Assembly (NCBI GenBank): GCA_016936135.1
Contig: JAFGPP010000117.1
Coordinates: 1-49,421, forward strand
Reading direction: 5' to 3'
Source of the DNA: Thermoplasmatota archaeon
Lineage (GTDB): Archaea > Thermoplasmatota > E2 > DHVEG-1
DNA length: 49,421 nucleotides
This document shows positions 16,688-27,376 of this stretch, in pieces (position 1 is the stretch's first letter; each line of letters begins with the position of its first letter). Below the pieces are notes generated by a model. That model had not been told where the DNA came from and searched no databases. It was given only the letters and a program-made list of their open reading frames with translations. The position numbers were made by a program, and so were the translations under genes.

Positions 16688-17995
16688 TTAAGAATCTACA
16701 AATTTGACATCCAGATAATGTGTACTGCAGGAAATACAGGGGTCATATGCTCTTACCAGCATTTCTAAGTTAAGTTCGATTTCTTTTTGAGGTTTGTCCA
16801 TAATCTGAGGTACTAATTTTTCCATGTCTTTTTGAATATTTGCATGATTTTGATTTGTAGGAATTACACAGTTTGCCTCAACACATTTCTGATTTTTTAT
16901 TGAATAGTCGTGAACAAGTATCCCTCTCGGAACCTCGACTATACCTACCCCGCGCCCGGATGTTTTCTTAGCTTTTACAGGTCTTTCAGGTTTTACACCA
17001 TTATTTGTAAGTTTGTCAATCAATAAAATAGAATCTTCAATGTTATGAACAAATTCTACTAGCTGTGCAACATTATTCATAAATGGATTAAAATTAATTG
17101 ATTTTAGATTAAACATCTTGGCAACTTGTTTTGCAATTGGGTGAAGCTGTGAACTATTGAGGTTAAATCTCGCTAATGCACCGACCATATATGATTCACG
17201 GTTATGTTTTGCATATTTTGCAGTGGATTGTGGAACAACGTATTCTTGCATTACAGATTCATATTTTTTTGGATCTGAGTGTATTCCTGTATCCGTTGAG
17301 GCAATTTTTCCATCGTAGAAAGCATATTCATCATCGGATTTTAATGCAATATACTCTGTTTCTCTTGAAAAATTTGGGAAATTATTAGCAACTGTACTAA
17401 CAACATTTGCAACATCCTGTGAAGTCTTGATAGCTAAGTGTAAATCCTCTTTTAATTTGATAAGCTGTTTCTTGGTTGGTAATAGAGAGAAACCTCCAAC
17501 TACCAATCTAATCGGATGGGTTGTACGTCCACAAATAAGATCAGACATTTCGTTTGAAAGTCTGTGTAATTTTACGATTTTTAATAAAGTATCTTGGTGC
17601 TTACTGCCAACAAGTGGAAATACGCTACCAACTCCAAATAGATCCGGTGCAGCAAGGTAACCAACATGCAAAATATGACTTTGCATATTTTCACCATTAA
17701 TCGCAAGCCTTCTAAACAAAGCAGATTGTTTTGAAATTTCAACGTTCAGTGCATCCTCAGTTGCTTTTAAACTTGCAAGAGAGTGTCCTATAGAACATAT
17801 GCCACATATACGGGAGGTAATCGGGCGAAGTTCATTATAATCTCTTCCTTTCAGCATTGCCTCAAAAAACCGTGGTGCCTCCGGAACCTGCCACTGAAGT
17901 TTTTCAATTGTGCCATTTTTCACATCCAAGACAATATTTCCATGACCCTCAACCCTTGTTATATGGTGGAGACTAACAGATATGTTTTTGCTCAT
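16688..17995 (-). CDS. hydA: Group 3b NiFe hydrogenase large (alpha) subunit
   Basis: RVEGHG, RICGICSIGH (L1), DPCISCSTH (L2) with cleavable tail; ATG at 17995 overlaps upstream stop. Confidence 0.95.
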   Translation of the reverse strand: MSKNISVSLHHITRVEGHGNIVLDVKNGTIEKLQWQVPEAPRFFEAMLKGRDYNELRPITSRICGICSIGHSLASLKATEDALNVEISKQSALFRRLAINGENMQSHILHVGYLAAPDLFGVGSVFPLVGSKHQDTLLKIVKLHRLSNEMSDLICGRTTHPIRLVVGGFSLLPTKKQLIKLKEDLHLAIKTSQDVANVVSTVANNFPNFSRETEYIALKSDDEYAFYDGKIASTDTGIHSDPKKYESVMQEYVVPQSTAKYAKHNRESYMVGALARFNLNSSQLHPIAKQVAKMFNLKSINFNPFMNNVAQLVEFVHNIEDSILLIDKLTNNGVKPERPVKAKKTSGRGVGIVEVPRGILVHDYSIKNQKCVEANCVIPTNQNHANIQKDMEKLVPQIMDKPQKEIELNLEMLVRAYDPCISCSTHYLDVKFVDS

Positions 17996-18744
17996 TTGCA
18001 AACCTCCTTACCGTAATTATAGATATTACACCGTCTCTTCATTTCTTCATAGTCAAGATTATATCTCTCTAAAATGTCATTTATGCATTCGACCTCTGGT
18101 TTCTTTAAAATCCCGCGACATCCATCACATGGGCTACCATTTGTTGGACATATGGAATTACAACCTGCCCGTGTAATTGGTCCAAGACAAAACTTACCAA
18201 GCTCAAAAAGACAGATGTTTTCATTCTTTTTACATTCCACACACACAGGATAATTTGGTATTTCCGGGTTTTTTCCCATTGCAATTGAGGTAATTACTTT
18301 CTTAAATTCATCTCGATTTATTGGACATCCATGAATATTGTAATCAACTTTTACAACTTCATCGACTGCTTTTGTTTGAAATACATCAAAAAAATCGTTT
18401 CCTTTGAGATTATAATTTCCATAAACTTCTTTTTTAACCTCAGACGGAGTCCATTGATTTCTTATCTTGTTTATTCCCCCAATTGTAGCACATGCGCCAA
18501 GTGCAACTAGGATTTTTGCATTTTCACGTATCTCTTTTAGTCGGCCTTCGTCAATTGGTCGCATGATTGAACCTTCAATTATTGCAATATCATAATCATC
18601 GGAATGTTCCTTCATTACCTCCCTAAAAGAAACAACGTCCACAATATTAATGAGATCAAGGATCTCTTCCTCCAAATCTGCTATCTGCAGTTGACAACCT
18701 TCACAACTAGCAAAGTCAAAAAAGGCAACACGAGGTTTTTTCAT
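17992..18744 (-). CDS. hydD: Group 3b NiFe hydrogenase small (delta) subunit
   Basis: SCEGC, LGACA, GCP, CVEC, CLGPITRAGC..CP..CDGCRG. Confidence 0.93.
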   Translation of the reverse strand: MKKPRVAFFDFASCEGCQLQIADLEEEILDLINIVDVVSFREVMKEHSDDYDIAIIEGSIMRPIDEGRLKEIRENAKILVALGACATIGGINKIRNQWTPSEVKKEVYGNYNLKGNDFFDVFQTKAVDEVVKVDYNIHGCPINRDEFKKVITSIAMGKNPEIPNYPVCVECKKNENICLFELGKFCLGPITRAGCNSICPTNGSPCDGCRGILKKPEVECINDILERYNLDYEEMKRRCNIYNYGKEVCK

Positions 18745-20678
18745 TCAAATGCCTCCGGAAGACCTTTAATATCGGCATAATTAAAAACTGGTCCCTCCCT
18801 GCAGACATAAATACCATTTATTTGACAATGACCACATTTTCCTACACCACATTTCATCCGACGTTCCAACGAAACTAATATGTTTTTTTCAGGAACCCCT
18901 AGAGTCTGTAAGCATTTTATAACAAATTTGTACATAACAGGTGGGCCGATAACAATAGCTATAGTGTTTTTTGGATCGATTCTTTCTACCTTTAATTTTG
19001 GAAATAAAGTTGTAATTAATCCAACACTGCCAACCCAACATTCACCTCCACTACAAGTATCAACTGTTAGACGGCATGAAACATCTAAGCATTTCTCCCA
19101 TTCATTTATTTCTTTTTGAAATAAAACCTCGCAAGGCCTCTTTGCCCCATATAAAATTTTTATATACTTGAATTTATCACGATTTTTTTTATCAAGACAA
19201 TATTCAATAAGAGATCTCATTGGAATAATACCAGTACCGCCAGATACAAATAGTAAATGTTTACCTTCTAGCGACTTTACATCAAATCCATTACCTAACG
19301 GTCCCCGGATACCAACAGAGTCACCAACCTTCAAAGTAGCAAGTTTGGATGTAAGATTTCCTACTTTTCTAACCACCAGTTCAAATTTTGAATTTTGAGA
19401 GGGACCGGTAGAAATTCCAAATGGTGCCTCACCTATACCAAAAAGCGAAAGTTCAACAAACTGTCCAGGTTTATGTCCTAGAGGTTTTTTATCATCCAGC
19501 TCTATTTCATAAAGTGTTTCGGAATCTGTTAATTTTTCAATGCGTGTGATTGTGGCTTTTCTTGGAACATGGATTGTTCCTTTTTCAAGAAAATCTATTT
19601 GCTGTTTCAAAAAAAACTTATCTTTATTTCCTTTTCCACCAAAGCTGTGAAGTTCATTTATAACATCACACGGGTCCGCAATATCAGGTAGACATGCCGT
19701 ACTGCATCTTCCACAACCGACACATGCAATAAATCCGTAGCGTTGTGTTAGGTAATTGCCCTTTCTAAAAAAGCGATGTCTATAGCGATCTTTAATTTCA
19801 TCTCTAAATACTTCACCACTGCCAACCTTAGTAAAATCACGAAGTAGACAACCATCCCAAGTCCTAAGCCTAGTCCCATCTTCAAGATTCAAGGAAACTT
19901 CATCTTTTACGTCATAACAATAACAAGTTGGACATACCATAGTACAAGAACTGCATTCAAGACATCTATCCGATCGCTCCTCCCATAATGCATTTTCATA
20001 ATTTGCCACAAGTAAAGATGATAATTCATTTTCATCAGTTACTTTTAATTTTTTCTTATATTTACTTGGGAGTTCTATGTGAATTTTGGCAATTTTTTTA
20101 ATTTCATCATCAGTTGCTTCATCAGTACTAGCATTTTGATTCAACAATAACTTACCTTTTTGCGAGCCAATAGTAATAGCATATTTGTTTCCTAAATTTG
20201 TTAGCATTAAGTCAAAGCCAGTATCTGTAATATGTGTTCCCAAACTTGCCGAAAAGGATCTTTCAGATACTTTTTGAATGTCGATTCCGATAATAATTGT
20301 GTTTTCTCTACGTTTTTTATAAAAATCGTCCTTTTGGTCATCAAGATAAACCCGATCCGTCTGCGTCAGAGCGACTATATCATAGGGATGTACTCCAATA
20401 ATAATTCTGGGTTTATTATCAAATTTTGTTTTTACGTCAAAATTTTTCTTAAGATCAAAGTCCATCAATTTTTCATATTGAGGTAAAAAATATTTTTTTG
20501 GTGGCAAAATCGTCACATCATAATCCAGACGTAGTTCGTTGGCATCTTCTAGTTCGTCAAAAACAAAACGTTCGCCTTTGGATTTTACACCAACAACTTC
20601 GTAATGGTCATTTTGAATCAGTTTATTTACAAAAATCCCCATTTCATTTTGAGAAATGGTTTTTATTTCCTGTTTCAT
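18741..20678 (-). CDS. Fused beta (4Fe-4S) and gamma (FAD/NAD(P), 2Fe-2S) subunit of group 3b hydrogenase
   Basis: N-half CLECSSCTMVCPTCYC, CVGCGRCSTAC; C-half PGQF, GIRGPLGNGF, GGTG, ERRMKCGVGKCGHC..C; single 645-aa ORF. Confidence 0.9.
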   Translation of the reverse strand: MKQEIKTISQNEMGIFVNKLIQNDHYEVVGVKSKGERFVFDELEDANELRLDYDVTILPPKKYFLPQYEKLMDFDLKKNFDVKTKFDNKPRIIIGVHPYDIVALTQTDRVYLDDQKDDFYKKRRENTIIIGIDIQKVSERSFSASLGTHITDTGFDLMLTNLGNKYAITIGSQKGKLLLNQNASTDEATDDEIKKIAKIHIELPSKYKKKLKVTDENELSSLLVANYENALWEERSDRCLECSSCTMVCPTCYCYDVKDEVSLNLEDGTRLRTWDGCLLRDFTKVGSGEVFRDEIKDRYRHRFFRKGNYLTQRYGFIACVGCGRCSTACLPDIADPCDVINELHSFGGKGNKDKFFLKQQIDFLEKGTIHVPRKATITRIEKLTDSETLYEIELDDKKPLGHKPGQFVELSLFGIGEAPFGISTGPSQNSKFELVVRKVGNLTSKLATLKVGDSVGIRGPLGNGFDVKSLEGKHLLFVSGGTGIIPMRSLIEYCLDKKNRDKFKYIKILYGAKRPCEVLFQKEINEWEKCLDVSCRLTVDTCSGGECWVGSVGLITTLFPKLKVERIDPKNTIAIVIGPPVMYKFVIKCLQTLGVPEKNILVSLERRMKCGVGKCGHCQINGIYVCREGPVFNYADIKGLPEAFE

Positions 20679-20836
20679 ACAAACACCTTTTCAACTCAAG
20701 TTAAAGAAAGTCCTTGAGCCTTTAACCCCGAGAAAACCGTGAACAGCTCTCTTAATATAAGCCTTTTTGTTAAATAAAATGTAAACTACAGAAAAAAATA
20801 TAATTTGAAAATTACTTAAAATCTGATGATAAGTCA

Positions 20837-22195
20837 TCAATCGGGTTTTTTTATAAATTCATTTTTCATAAGAAGGTGTGTTAAATCCCGGGCGTTCTTT
20901 ATCATTGACATCGCGTTATCATATAAAGCTTTTCTAGATGGTTTGACTCGTGCAATACCCTGGGATATTGCTCTCAATCCAACCGCTACTGCTTCTCTTG
21001 GAAAAACATCCCAAGAGTCCATAGTAGGAACTATGTATTCCTCATTTATGCCCTTATCCTCTGCCGTTTTTGCAAGTTCGTATGCAGCAGCAATACACAT
21101 TTCATCTGTAATCGTTTCAGCACGAACATCCAGCGTTCCACGGAAAATACCTGGAAAACCAAGAGAATTGTTGATTTGGTTAGGAAAATCTGACCGTCCC
21201 GTTGCAAAAATTTTCACCCCTGCTTCTTTTGCTTCCCATGGCCAAATTTCGGGAACGGGATTTGCTGTAGCAAATACGATGGAGTCAGATGCCATTGTTT
21301 TTATCCATGTTTTTTTTATTGTTCCTGGGCCAGGCTTACTTGCAGCTATACAGATATCGGCATCCATAAAAGCTTTTTCAATTGGTCCCTTTCTGATCTC
21401 TGCATTTGTATTCACACAAATCTTCCATTTCTCAGGATTTTTTCCTTTTATTTCCTCGATATCTTTTCTATCAGGATTTAATATTCCTTTACTATCGGTC
21501 ATGATAATTTTTTTGGGATCAGCTCCAGCAGCAATTAAAACTCTGGTAATAGCAATATTTGCAGCACCCGCTCCAACCATACAAAAAAATGCATTACCCA
21601 GAGATTTTCCTACAATTTTTAAGGCATTAATTGCACCTGCAGTTACTATCGTAGCCGTTCCTTGCTGATCATCGTGCCAAACTGGAATGTCCATCTCTCT
21701 ACGAAGCCGATCTAGAATGTAGAAACACTTTGGGGTCGCAATATCCTCAAGATTGATGCCCCCAAAACTTGGCTTTAACCATTTTACAACTTTAATTATT
21801 TCTTCAGGATCTTTTGTGTCTAGACAAATTGGATATGCATCAACGCCACCAAGATATTTAAAAAGTAAAGCTTTTCCCTCCATAACTGGTAGACCAGCCT
21901 CTGGGCCGATATCCCCCAGTCCAAGAACCCTAGTTCCATCGCTTATTACCGCAATTGTATTCCATTTATTTGTATAATCATACACTTTAATTGGAGATTT
22001 TTTAATTGCTTTGCAAGGCTCTGCAACCCCTGGAGTATACCATATACCAAAATCATCAAAATCACGAATACGACATTTAGGGGTAATCTCTACTTTTCCC
22101 CTGTAGAATGGATGAAGTCTCATTGCCTCTTTTCCAGGTTTTTGTGCTTTTTCTAGTAGCTTTTTTTCATCAAATTTTTCTGTTACAATCCCCAT
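20837..22195 (-). CDS. NAD(P)-dependent malic enzyme
   Basis: YTPGVA, DGTRVLGLGDIG, MEGKALLFK, GGINLEDI, HDDQQGTA, GAGAA, TGRSDFPNQINN. Confidence 0.95.
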   Translation of the reverse strand: MGIVTEKFDEKKLLEKAQKPGKEAMRLHPFYRGKVEITPKCRIRDFDDFGIWYTPGVAEPCKAIKKSPIKVYDYTNKWNTIAVISDGTRVLGLGDIGPEAGLPVMEGKALLFKYLGGVDAYPICLDTKDPEEIIKVVKWLKPSFGGINLEDIATPKCFYILDRLRREMDIPVWHDDQQGTATIVTAGAINALKIVGKSLGNAFFCMVGAGAANIAITRVLIAAGADPKKIIMTDSKGILNPDRKDIEEIKGKNPEKWKICVNTNAEIRKGPIEKAFMDADICIAASKPGPGTIKKTWIKTMASDSIVFATANPVPEIWPWEAKEAGVKIFATGRSDFPNQINNSLGFPGIFRGTLDVRAETITDEMCIAAAYELAKTAEDKGINEEYIVPTMDSWDVFPREAVAVGLRAISQGIARVKPSRKALYDNAMSMIKNARDLTHLLMKNEFIKKPD

Positions 22196-22295
22196 AAAGA
22201 CCAGTATGATATCTTATTTAATTATATTACATTTTAGACCAAAAGATATCTAAACCACATTTTCTTTAAAGCGAAATAATAACAGGAGGTGATAT

Positions 22296-22583
22296 ATGAT
22301 TATTGCTCAACTAAGTATTTCACCAGTGGGAAAAAATATTGGACTCAGTAAATACGTTAAGAAGGTTCTTGAAGTACTGAAAAAAGAACCAATCTCTATT
22401 GAGACAAATGCTATGGCCACGGTTATCGAAGCAACAGATATTGAAACACTCCTTTCTGCAGTAAACAAGGCTCACAATTGCTTGTTTGAAGTAGGGGTTC
22501 AACGAGTTATTACCGAGCTGAAAATAGATGACAGGCGAGATAAAAACGCAACAATTACGTCCAAGTTAATCAGTATAAAATAA
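22296..22583 (+). CDS. MTH1187/YqgV-family thiamine-binding protein
   Basis: IAQLSISPVG, SKYV, AMATVIE, KIDDRRDK. Confidence 0.9.
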   Translation: MIIAQLSISPVGKNIGLSKYVKKVLEVLKKEPISIETNAMATVIEATDIETLLSAVNKAHNCLFEVGVQRVITELKIDDRRDKNATITSKLISIK

Positions 22584-22652
22584 AATTGTAAAGATAAATC
22601 TTCAAAACAGTTATATGTAACAACCATATTCCCATGCCGGGGTTGTAATATT

Positions 22653-23228
22653 ATGCCAGTTAAAGACATCATTGAAATTGTTTTTCATGGCCGAGGTGGA
22701 CAGGGTTCAGTCACGGCAGCTAATCTCCTTGTATCAGCTGCATTAGCGGATGGCAATAAGGGCGTCCAAGCTTTTCCTGTCTTTGGAGCCGAAAGACGAG
22801 GAGCACCTGTAAGAGCATTTGCTCGCATATCTGAAAATGAAATTAACCTGAGAAGTGAAATTTATTATCCCGATATTGTAATTGTTCAAGATGAAAGCAT
22901 TATTGGACTTGTTGATATTACCAAAGGACTAAAAGAAAACGGTAGAATCCTAATTAATACAACAAAAAAACCAAGTGATTTTGATTTTTCTGATAAATAT
23001 GGAGTTGCAACAGTTGATGCCACTGGAATTGCCATAAAACATGATATTCTTGTTGGTGGAATACCTGTCGTAAACACTCCAATTCTGGGCGCAGTTCCAA
23101 AGATTTTGGATAAAGTGACCCTAAAATCCATCCAAGCATCTGTAAAAAACAAATGGAAGGGAGAACTTGCGGAAAAAAATGTTAGAGCAACGCAAGACGC
23201 CTTTGGTGAGGTAGAGGTGAACTTTTGA
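22653..23228 (+). CDS. porG: Pyruvate/2-ketoisovalerate:ferredoxin oxidoreductase gamma subunit
   Basis: HGRGGQG, FGAERRGAPV. Confidence 0.92.
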   Translation: MPVKDIIEIVFHGRGGQGSVTAANLLVSAALADGNKGVQAFPVFGAERRGAPVRAFARISENEINLRSEIYYPDIVIVQDESIIGLVDITKGLKENGRILINTTKKPSDFDFSDKYGVATVDATGIAIKHDILVGGIPVVNTPILGAVPKILDKVTLKSIQASVKNKWKGELAEKNVRATQDAFGEVEVNF

Positions 23229-23497
23229 AAAAATACGAGGTAGTTACAAGTATCTCCTATCCAAAAAAGGGAGCAATGGGAAAAACTGGTAGCTGGAGGG
23301 TTTTTAGACCAATTTTTGATAAGGCAAAATGCGTTAAATGCCTTCGATGCTGGATCTTTTGCCCGGAAGGCACAATTAAGCGAAAAAAGGATGATTCAAT
23401 TGAAATCGATTATGATTATTGTAAGGGGTGCGGGATTTGTGCCAATGTTTGTAAAGTTAAGGCAATTACTATGGAACGGGAGGCGAAGAAAAAATGA
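23225..23497 (+). CDS. porD: Pyruvate/2-ketoisovalerate:ferredoxin oxidoreductase delta subunit
   Basis: KTGSWRVFRP, two 4Fe-4S motifs, DYDYCKGCGIC; TTG start with GAGGTG RBS. Confidence 0.93.
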   Translation: MKKYEVVTSISYPKKGAMGKTGSWRVFRPIFDKAKCVKCLRCWIFCPEGTIKRKKDDSIEIDYDYCKGCGICANVCKVKAITMEREAKKK

Positions 23498-24654
23498 CGG
23501 TAATGATTGATACTGGTAATTACATTGCCGCAAAAGCTGCGGTTATGGCAAAACCGGATGTAGTTGCAGCATATCCAATAACTCCACAAACAACTCTTGT
23601 TGAAGGAATTGCTAATTATGTAGCATCTGGTGAGTATAAAGGAGAGTACATATGTGTTGAAAGCGAACATTCAGCAATGAGCGCTTGCATTGGTTCAAGT
23701 GCAACTGGCGTTAGGACTTTCACAGCCACCTCATCTCATGGACTTTTGCTTATGCATGAAATGCTTCACTGGGCTGCTCTGGCAAGACTACCAATAGTTA
23801 TGTGTAATATTAACCGAGTTATCGGTCCGGGATGGAATATTTGGGCAGATGAGAATGATTCCATTTCGCAAAGGGATACAGGATGGATTCAATTTTACTG
23901 CAGTAGCAACCAGGAAATTTTTGATACAATTATTCAATCTTTCAAAATTGCTGAGCATGAAAAAATCTCTTTGCCAATCATGGTAAATTATAACGCTTTT
24001 ATTTTATCTCATACATCAATGCCTGCCGATATACCAAGACAAAAAGAAATTGATGATTATTTAAAACGATATAGACCTCAGTGGAATCTTGATTGTGACA
24101 ATCCAATTACATTTGGAAACATAATCGGGACCGAACACTATGAAAAGATTAGACGGGCAATGCAGGATGCCCAAGAAAACGCCCTGAGAATTATTCCTGA
24201 AGTGGCTAAAGAGTGGAAAAAGTTGTTTGGACGCTTTCATGGCGATCTTATAGAAAAATATCATTGTGATGATGCCGAGTATATTCTTTTTTCCATGGGT
24301 GCAATAGGTGCTGAAAGTAAAGTTGCTATTGATAATTTAAGAAGTAGAGGAATTAAGATAGGGCTAGCCAGAGTAAGGACTTTTCGTCCATTTCCCGCAC
24401 AAGAAATCCAAAATCTCGCCAAAAATGCCGATCTGGTTGTAATTGATAGAAACATCTCGATTGGTTATGAGGGCGCCCTATTCACCGAAATTAAAGCAGC
24501 ATTATACGGTAAATCAGATGCAAAAGTTTCTGGATTTATCGCCGGACTTGGGGGCAAAGATGTTACCTTTACGAATATCGAAAATATTTGTAAAAGGGCA
24601 ATAGATGGAAAGACCAAGGGCAGCACATGGTACGGTTTTGAGGGGGCTAATTAA
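23494..24654 (+). CDS. porA: Pyruvate/2-ketoisovalerate:ferredoxin oxidoreductase alpha subunit
   Basis: AAYPITPQT, ESEHSA, TATSSHGL, GLGGKD. Confidence 0.92.
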   Translation: MTVMIDTGNYIAAKAAVMAKPDVVAAYPITPQTTLVEGIANYVASGEYKGEYICVESEHSAMSACIGSSATGVRTFTATSSHGLLLMHEMLHWAALARLPIVMCNINRVIGPGWNIWADENDSISQRDTGWIQFYCSSNQEIFDTIIQSFKIAEHEKISLPIMVNYNAFILSHTSMPADIPRQKEIDDYLKRYRPQWNLDCDNPITFGNIIGTEHYEKIRRAMQDAQENALRIIPEVAKEWKKLFGRFHGDLIEKYHCDDAEYILFSMGAIGAESKVAIDNLRSRGIKIGLARVRTFRPFPAQEIQNLAKNADLVVIDRNISIGYEGALFTEIKAALYGKSDAKVSGFIAGLGGKDVTFTNIENICKRAIDGKTKGSTWYGFEGAN

Positions 24655-25559
24655 TGGCAATAAAAGATCTTCCTATTGATGAATGTTTATTAACCGGAAA
24701 TGCTGCTTGTCCTGGTTGCCCTGCAACACTAGGCCTTCGCCTTGTATTCAAAGCCCTTGGAAAAAACACAATCATGGTTGTCCCGGCGTGCTGCACAGCA
24801 GTAATCGAGAGTTTGTACCCGCACACTTCATTTGACATACCAGTGATGAATATTGCATTTGAAGCAGCTGCGGCTGGTGCGTCTGGCGTTGAAGCTGCCC
24901 TTAGAAAACTTGGTAAAAAAGATACAACTGTACTTGCATGGGCAGGAGATGGAGGAACTTACGATATAGGTATCCAGGCATTGTCTGGTGCAATTGAACG
25001 TGGAACTAATTTCATTTATATTTGTTACAATAATCAAATTTATTCAAACACGGGAATCCAAAGGAGCGGAGCTACCCCTTATGGGGCTTGGACTACCACA
25101 ACAGTAGGTGGTAAAACCGAGTTTCGCAAAGATATGGGTGAGATTATTATTGCTCATCATTTGCCTTATGCTGCGCAAACCTGTATTAGCTACCCAGAGG
25201 ACTTGTATGGGAAAGTAAAAAAGGCCAAGGACATAAAGGGCCCTAAATATATAGAAATTTTGGCTCCTTGCCCACCGGGTTGGCGTTTTAGTATGGACAG
25301 GACGATTGATATGGGCATTCTTGCTGTAGAAACGGGTGCATGGGCATTATATGAATACGAAAACGGAAATATGACGTTCAATGGAAAAAGTAAACTTATT
25401 TTAGAAAATAAAATTGATCGAAAACCTGTAGAAGAGTGGATTAGACAACAAGGCAGATTTTCACATCTTTTCAAACCCGAAAAAGATACAACAAAGATTA
25501 CTGCCATACAGAAAAATATTGATCAAACTTGGGAGCGATATCGGAAACAATATTTATAG
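24654..25559 (+). CDS. porB: Pyruvate/2-ketoisovalerate:ferredoxin oxidoreductase beta subunit
   Basis: ACPGC, GDGGTYDIG, YSNTGIQRS, APCPPGW. Confidence 0.92.
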   Translation: MAIKDLPIDECLLTGNAACPGCPATLGLRLVFKALGKNTIMVVPACCTAVIESLYPHTSFDIPVMNIAFEAAAAGASGVEAALRKLGKKDTTVLAWAGDGGTYDIGIQALSGAIERGTNFIYICYNNQIYSNTGIQRSGATPYGAWTTTTVGGKTEFRKDMGEIIIAHHLPYAAQTCISYPEDLYGKVKKAKDIKGPKYIEILAPCPPGWRFSMDRTIDMGILAVETGAWALYEYENGNMTFNGKSKLILENKIDRKPVEEWIRQQGRFSHLFKPEKDTTKITAIQKNIDQTWERYRKQYL

Positions 25560-25605
25560 TAAATAAGTATTGTGGGGATTGTGATTATTATGGAGGCTGT
25601 GTGCA

Positions 25606-26163
25606 ATGCATTCAATGGCAATGGTGAAGCAGAGCCTCCCCCTACTTATCACCTGTGGAATTGGTGGCATTATCGCCGGCAGCACACTTAGTGTGATGTC
25701 TGAGATTTTAGAAAATATTCCTGGCTTGATAGTTGTAATTCCTGCAATTATCGCCCTACGTGGAAATATCAGTACAGCTCTTGGTTCTAGATTGGGGTCT
25801 GCATATCATCTTGGTGTAATTGGTGCTGAAAACATGTGGAATCCCGAACTTAGACAAAACATTCTAGGATCACTAGTTTTGAGTTTTTTAGTATCAATCT
25901 TGATTGGCATAATTGCTTATGTCACTACCGTCTTGTTTTTTAAAATGCATCCGGATCCATTCAAACTGCTTTCAATTGTCATTCTCGCCGGAATAATCTC
26001 GGCATTTATCCTCACAATTTTGACAATCACAATAATTTATCTAGTGTTTAAACGTGGTTATGATCCCGATAATATTACAGGTCCTGCTCTTGCAACATTT
26101 GGGGATATCGTCACTATGTTCTGTGTTTTTGGCAGTTCAATAATAGTCGAGGTGATAATATGA
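25606..26163 (+). CDS. MgtE/SLC41-type divalent cation transporter membrane domain
   Basis: PAIIALRGN, SRLGSAYHLG, DPDNITGPALATFGD. Confidence 0.88.
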   Translation: MHSMAMVKQSLPLLITCGIGGIIAGSTLSVMSEILENIPGLIVVIPAIIALRGNISTALGSRLGSAYHLGVIGAENMWNPELRQNILGSLVLSFLVSILIGIIAYVTTVLFFKMHPDPFKLLSIVILAGIISAFILTILTITIIYLVFKRGYDPDNITGPALATFGDIVTMFCVFGSSIIVEVII

Positions 26164-26717
26164 TTTACAGTTGGAAAAAAATTGTTAGATATAGTTTACC
26201 ACTTCTAACTTTATGTGTTTTTATTGAGATTTTTGCTGGTCAATTACTCAACAGTGCACAAGATTTACTGATTGCATTACCAGTTTTTCTAATCGCAATT
26301 CCAGTTATTAATGGAATAGGGGGCAATATTGGAAGTATTTTAGGTGCACGTCTCGCATCAGGATTGCATGTAGGATATGTAAGTCTGGACATTAAAGATA
26401 GTGAAATGATAGAAAATCTGCTTGTATCAATAGTACTGGGGGCATCAACTTATGCATTTCTTGCGATACTTATATATTATATAGCATTATTTGGTGGTAT
26501 AGAAATGAGCATAGGTTTGCTTGAATTCACCGCTATCATAATGGGGGCAGGTTTCCTTCTCCTGTGTATCATATGCATCGTCAGCGTTTTAACTGCCTTT
26601 TTATCCTTCAAAAGAGGTCTTGACCCTGATGACATGGTTGCCCCCATTGTTACTACAGTCGGAGATACTCTTGGCATCTCTTTGTTATTTTTGTTTATTG
26701 GAGTAGTAGGAGTATGA
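26160..26717 (+). CDS. MgtE/SLC41-type divalent cation transporter membrane domain
   Basis: PVINGIGGN, ARLASGLHVG, DPDDMVAPIVTTVGD. Confidence 0.88.
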   Translation: MIYSWKKIVRYSLPLLTLCVFIEIFAGQLLNSAQDLLIALPVFLIAIPVINGIGGNIGSILGARLASGLHVGYVSLDIKDSEMIENLLVSIVLGASTYAFLAILIYYIALFGGIEMSIGLLEFTAIIMGAGFLLLCIICIVSVLTAFLSFKRGLDPDDMVAPIVTTVGDTLGISLLFLFIGVVGV

Positions 26718-27376
26718 AGGAAAGGGATAAACGAAGTATTTTTGGTAGACTACAACGAACACCCAAATGGCAAAAGGAGGAGTTCACAGAGCTTGAATAT
26801 CAGCCAACATCAGTTAAAGAGCTTCTAACCGAGATGAAGGACATTTCCGAGTTGATAATAGATCTAGCATACTCTGCAGTATTATTCAATAACAAGGAGA
26901 TGGCCGAGGAGGTAAAGTTTTTAGACGTAAGAATGGACAAGCTAAACTACGACATCAGGATAATGGCAATGATGGCTGCAAGAACAAAGGAAGACGCAGA
27001 ACAACTCGCAGGAATTCTCCAAGTAGCTGAAGCTGCCGAAACAATATCTAATGCAGCGGGTGACATCATAAGTCTCTTGGCAGAAGAGGAAACCGGGCCA
27101 ATTCTCCCAAAGATATTGAAGCAGGCGGACGAGCAGTTGTTCAGAGCAAAAATTTCTCCAACATCCATGGCATGCGATCAAAAAATCGGTGATCTGAGTG
27201 TGGAATCAGAGACAGGTATGAGGATAATTGCAATAAGAAGAGATGATTGTTGGATTTACAACCCTGATCCCGATACCGAGTTGAAAGCCGATGATTGGTT
27301 AATTACAAGAGGTACAGACGAGGGATTTAACGAACTCAATAACTTTTTAAAAGGAAAGTCAAAGGAGCTAGAATGA
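26714..27376 (+). CDS. PhoU-like plus TrkA-C (RCK_C) domain protein
   Basis: EMKDISELIIDLAYSA helical domain; ETGMRIIAIRR..NPDPD RCK_C. Confidence 0.85.
   Translation: MKERDKRSIFGRLQRTPKWQKEEFTELEYQPTSVKELLTEMKDISELIIDLAYSAVLFNNKEMAEEVKFLDVRMDKLNYDIRIMAMMAARTKEDAEQLAGILQVAEAAETISNAAGDIISLLAEEETGPILPKILKQADEQLFRAKISPTSMACDQKIGDLSVESETGMRIIAIRRDDCWIYNPDPDTELKADDWLITRGTDEGFNELNNFLKGKSKELE

Noticed and set aside
10684..20678. Selenocysteine or pyrrolysine read-through in redox genes
   Set aside because: Catalytic positions are ordinary Cys and the ORFs are full length.
20826..21668. 280-aa plus-strand ORF
   Set aside because: Antisense shadow of malic enzyme with no recognisable motifs.
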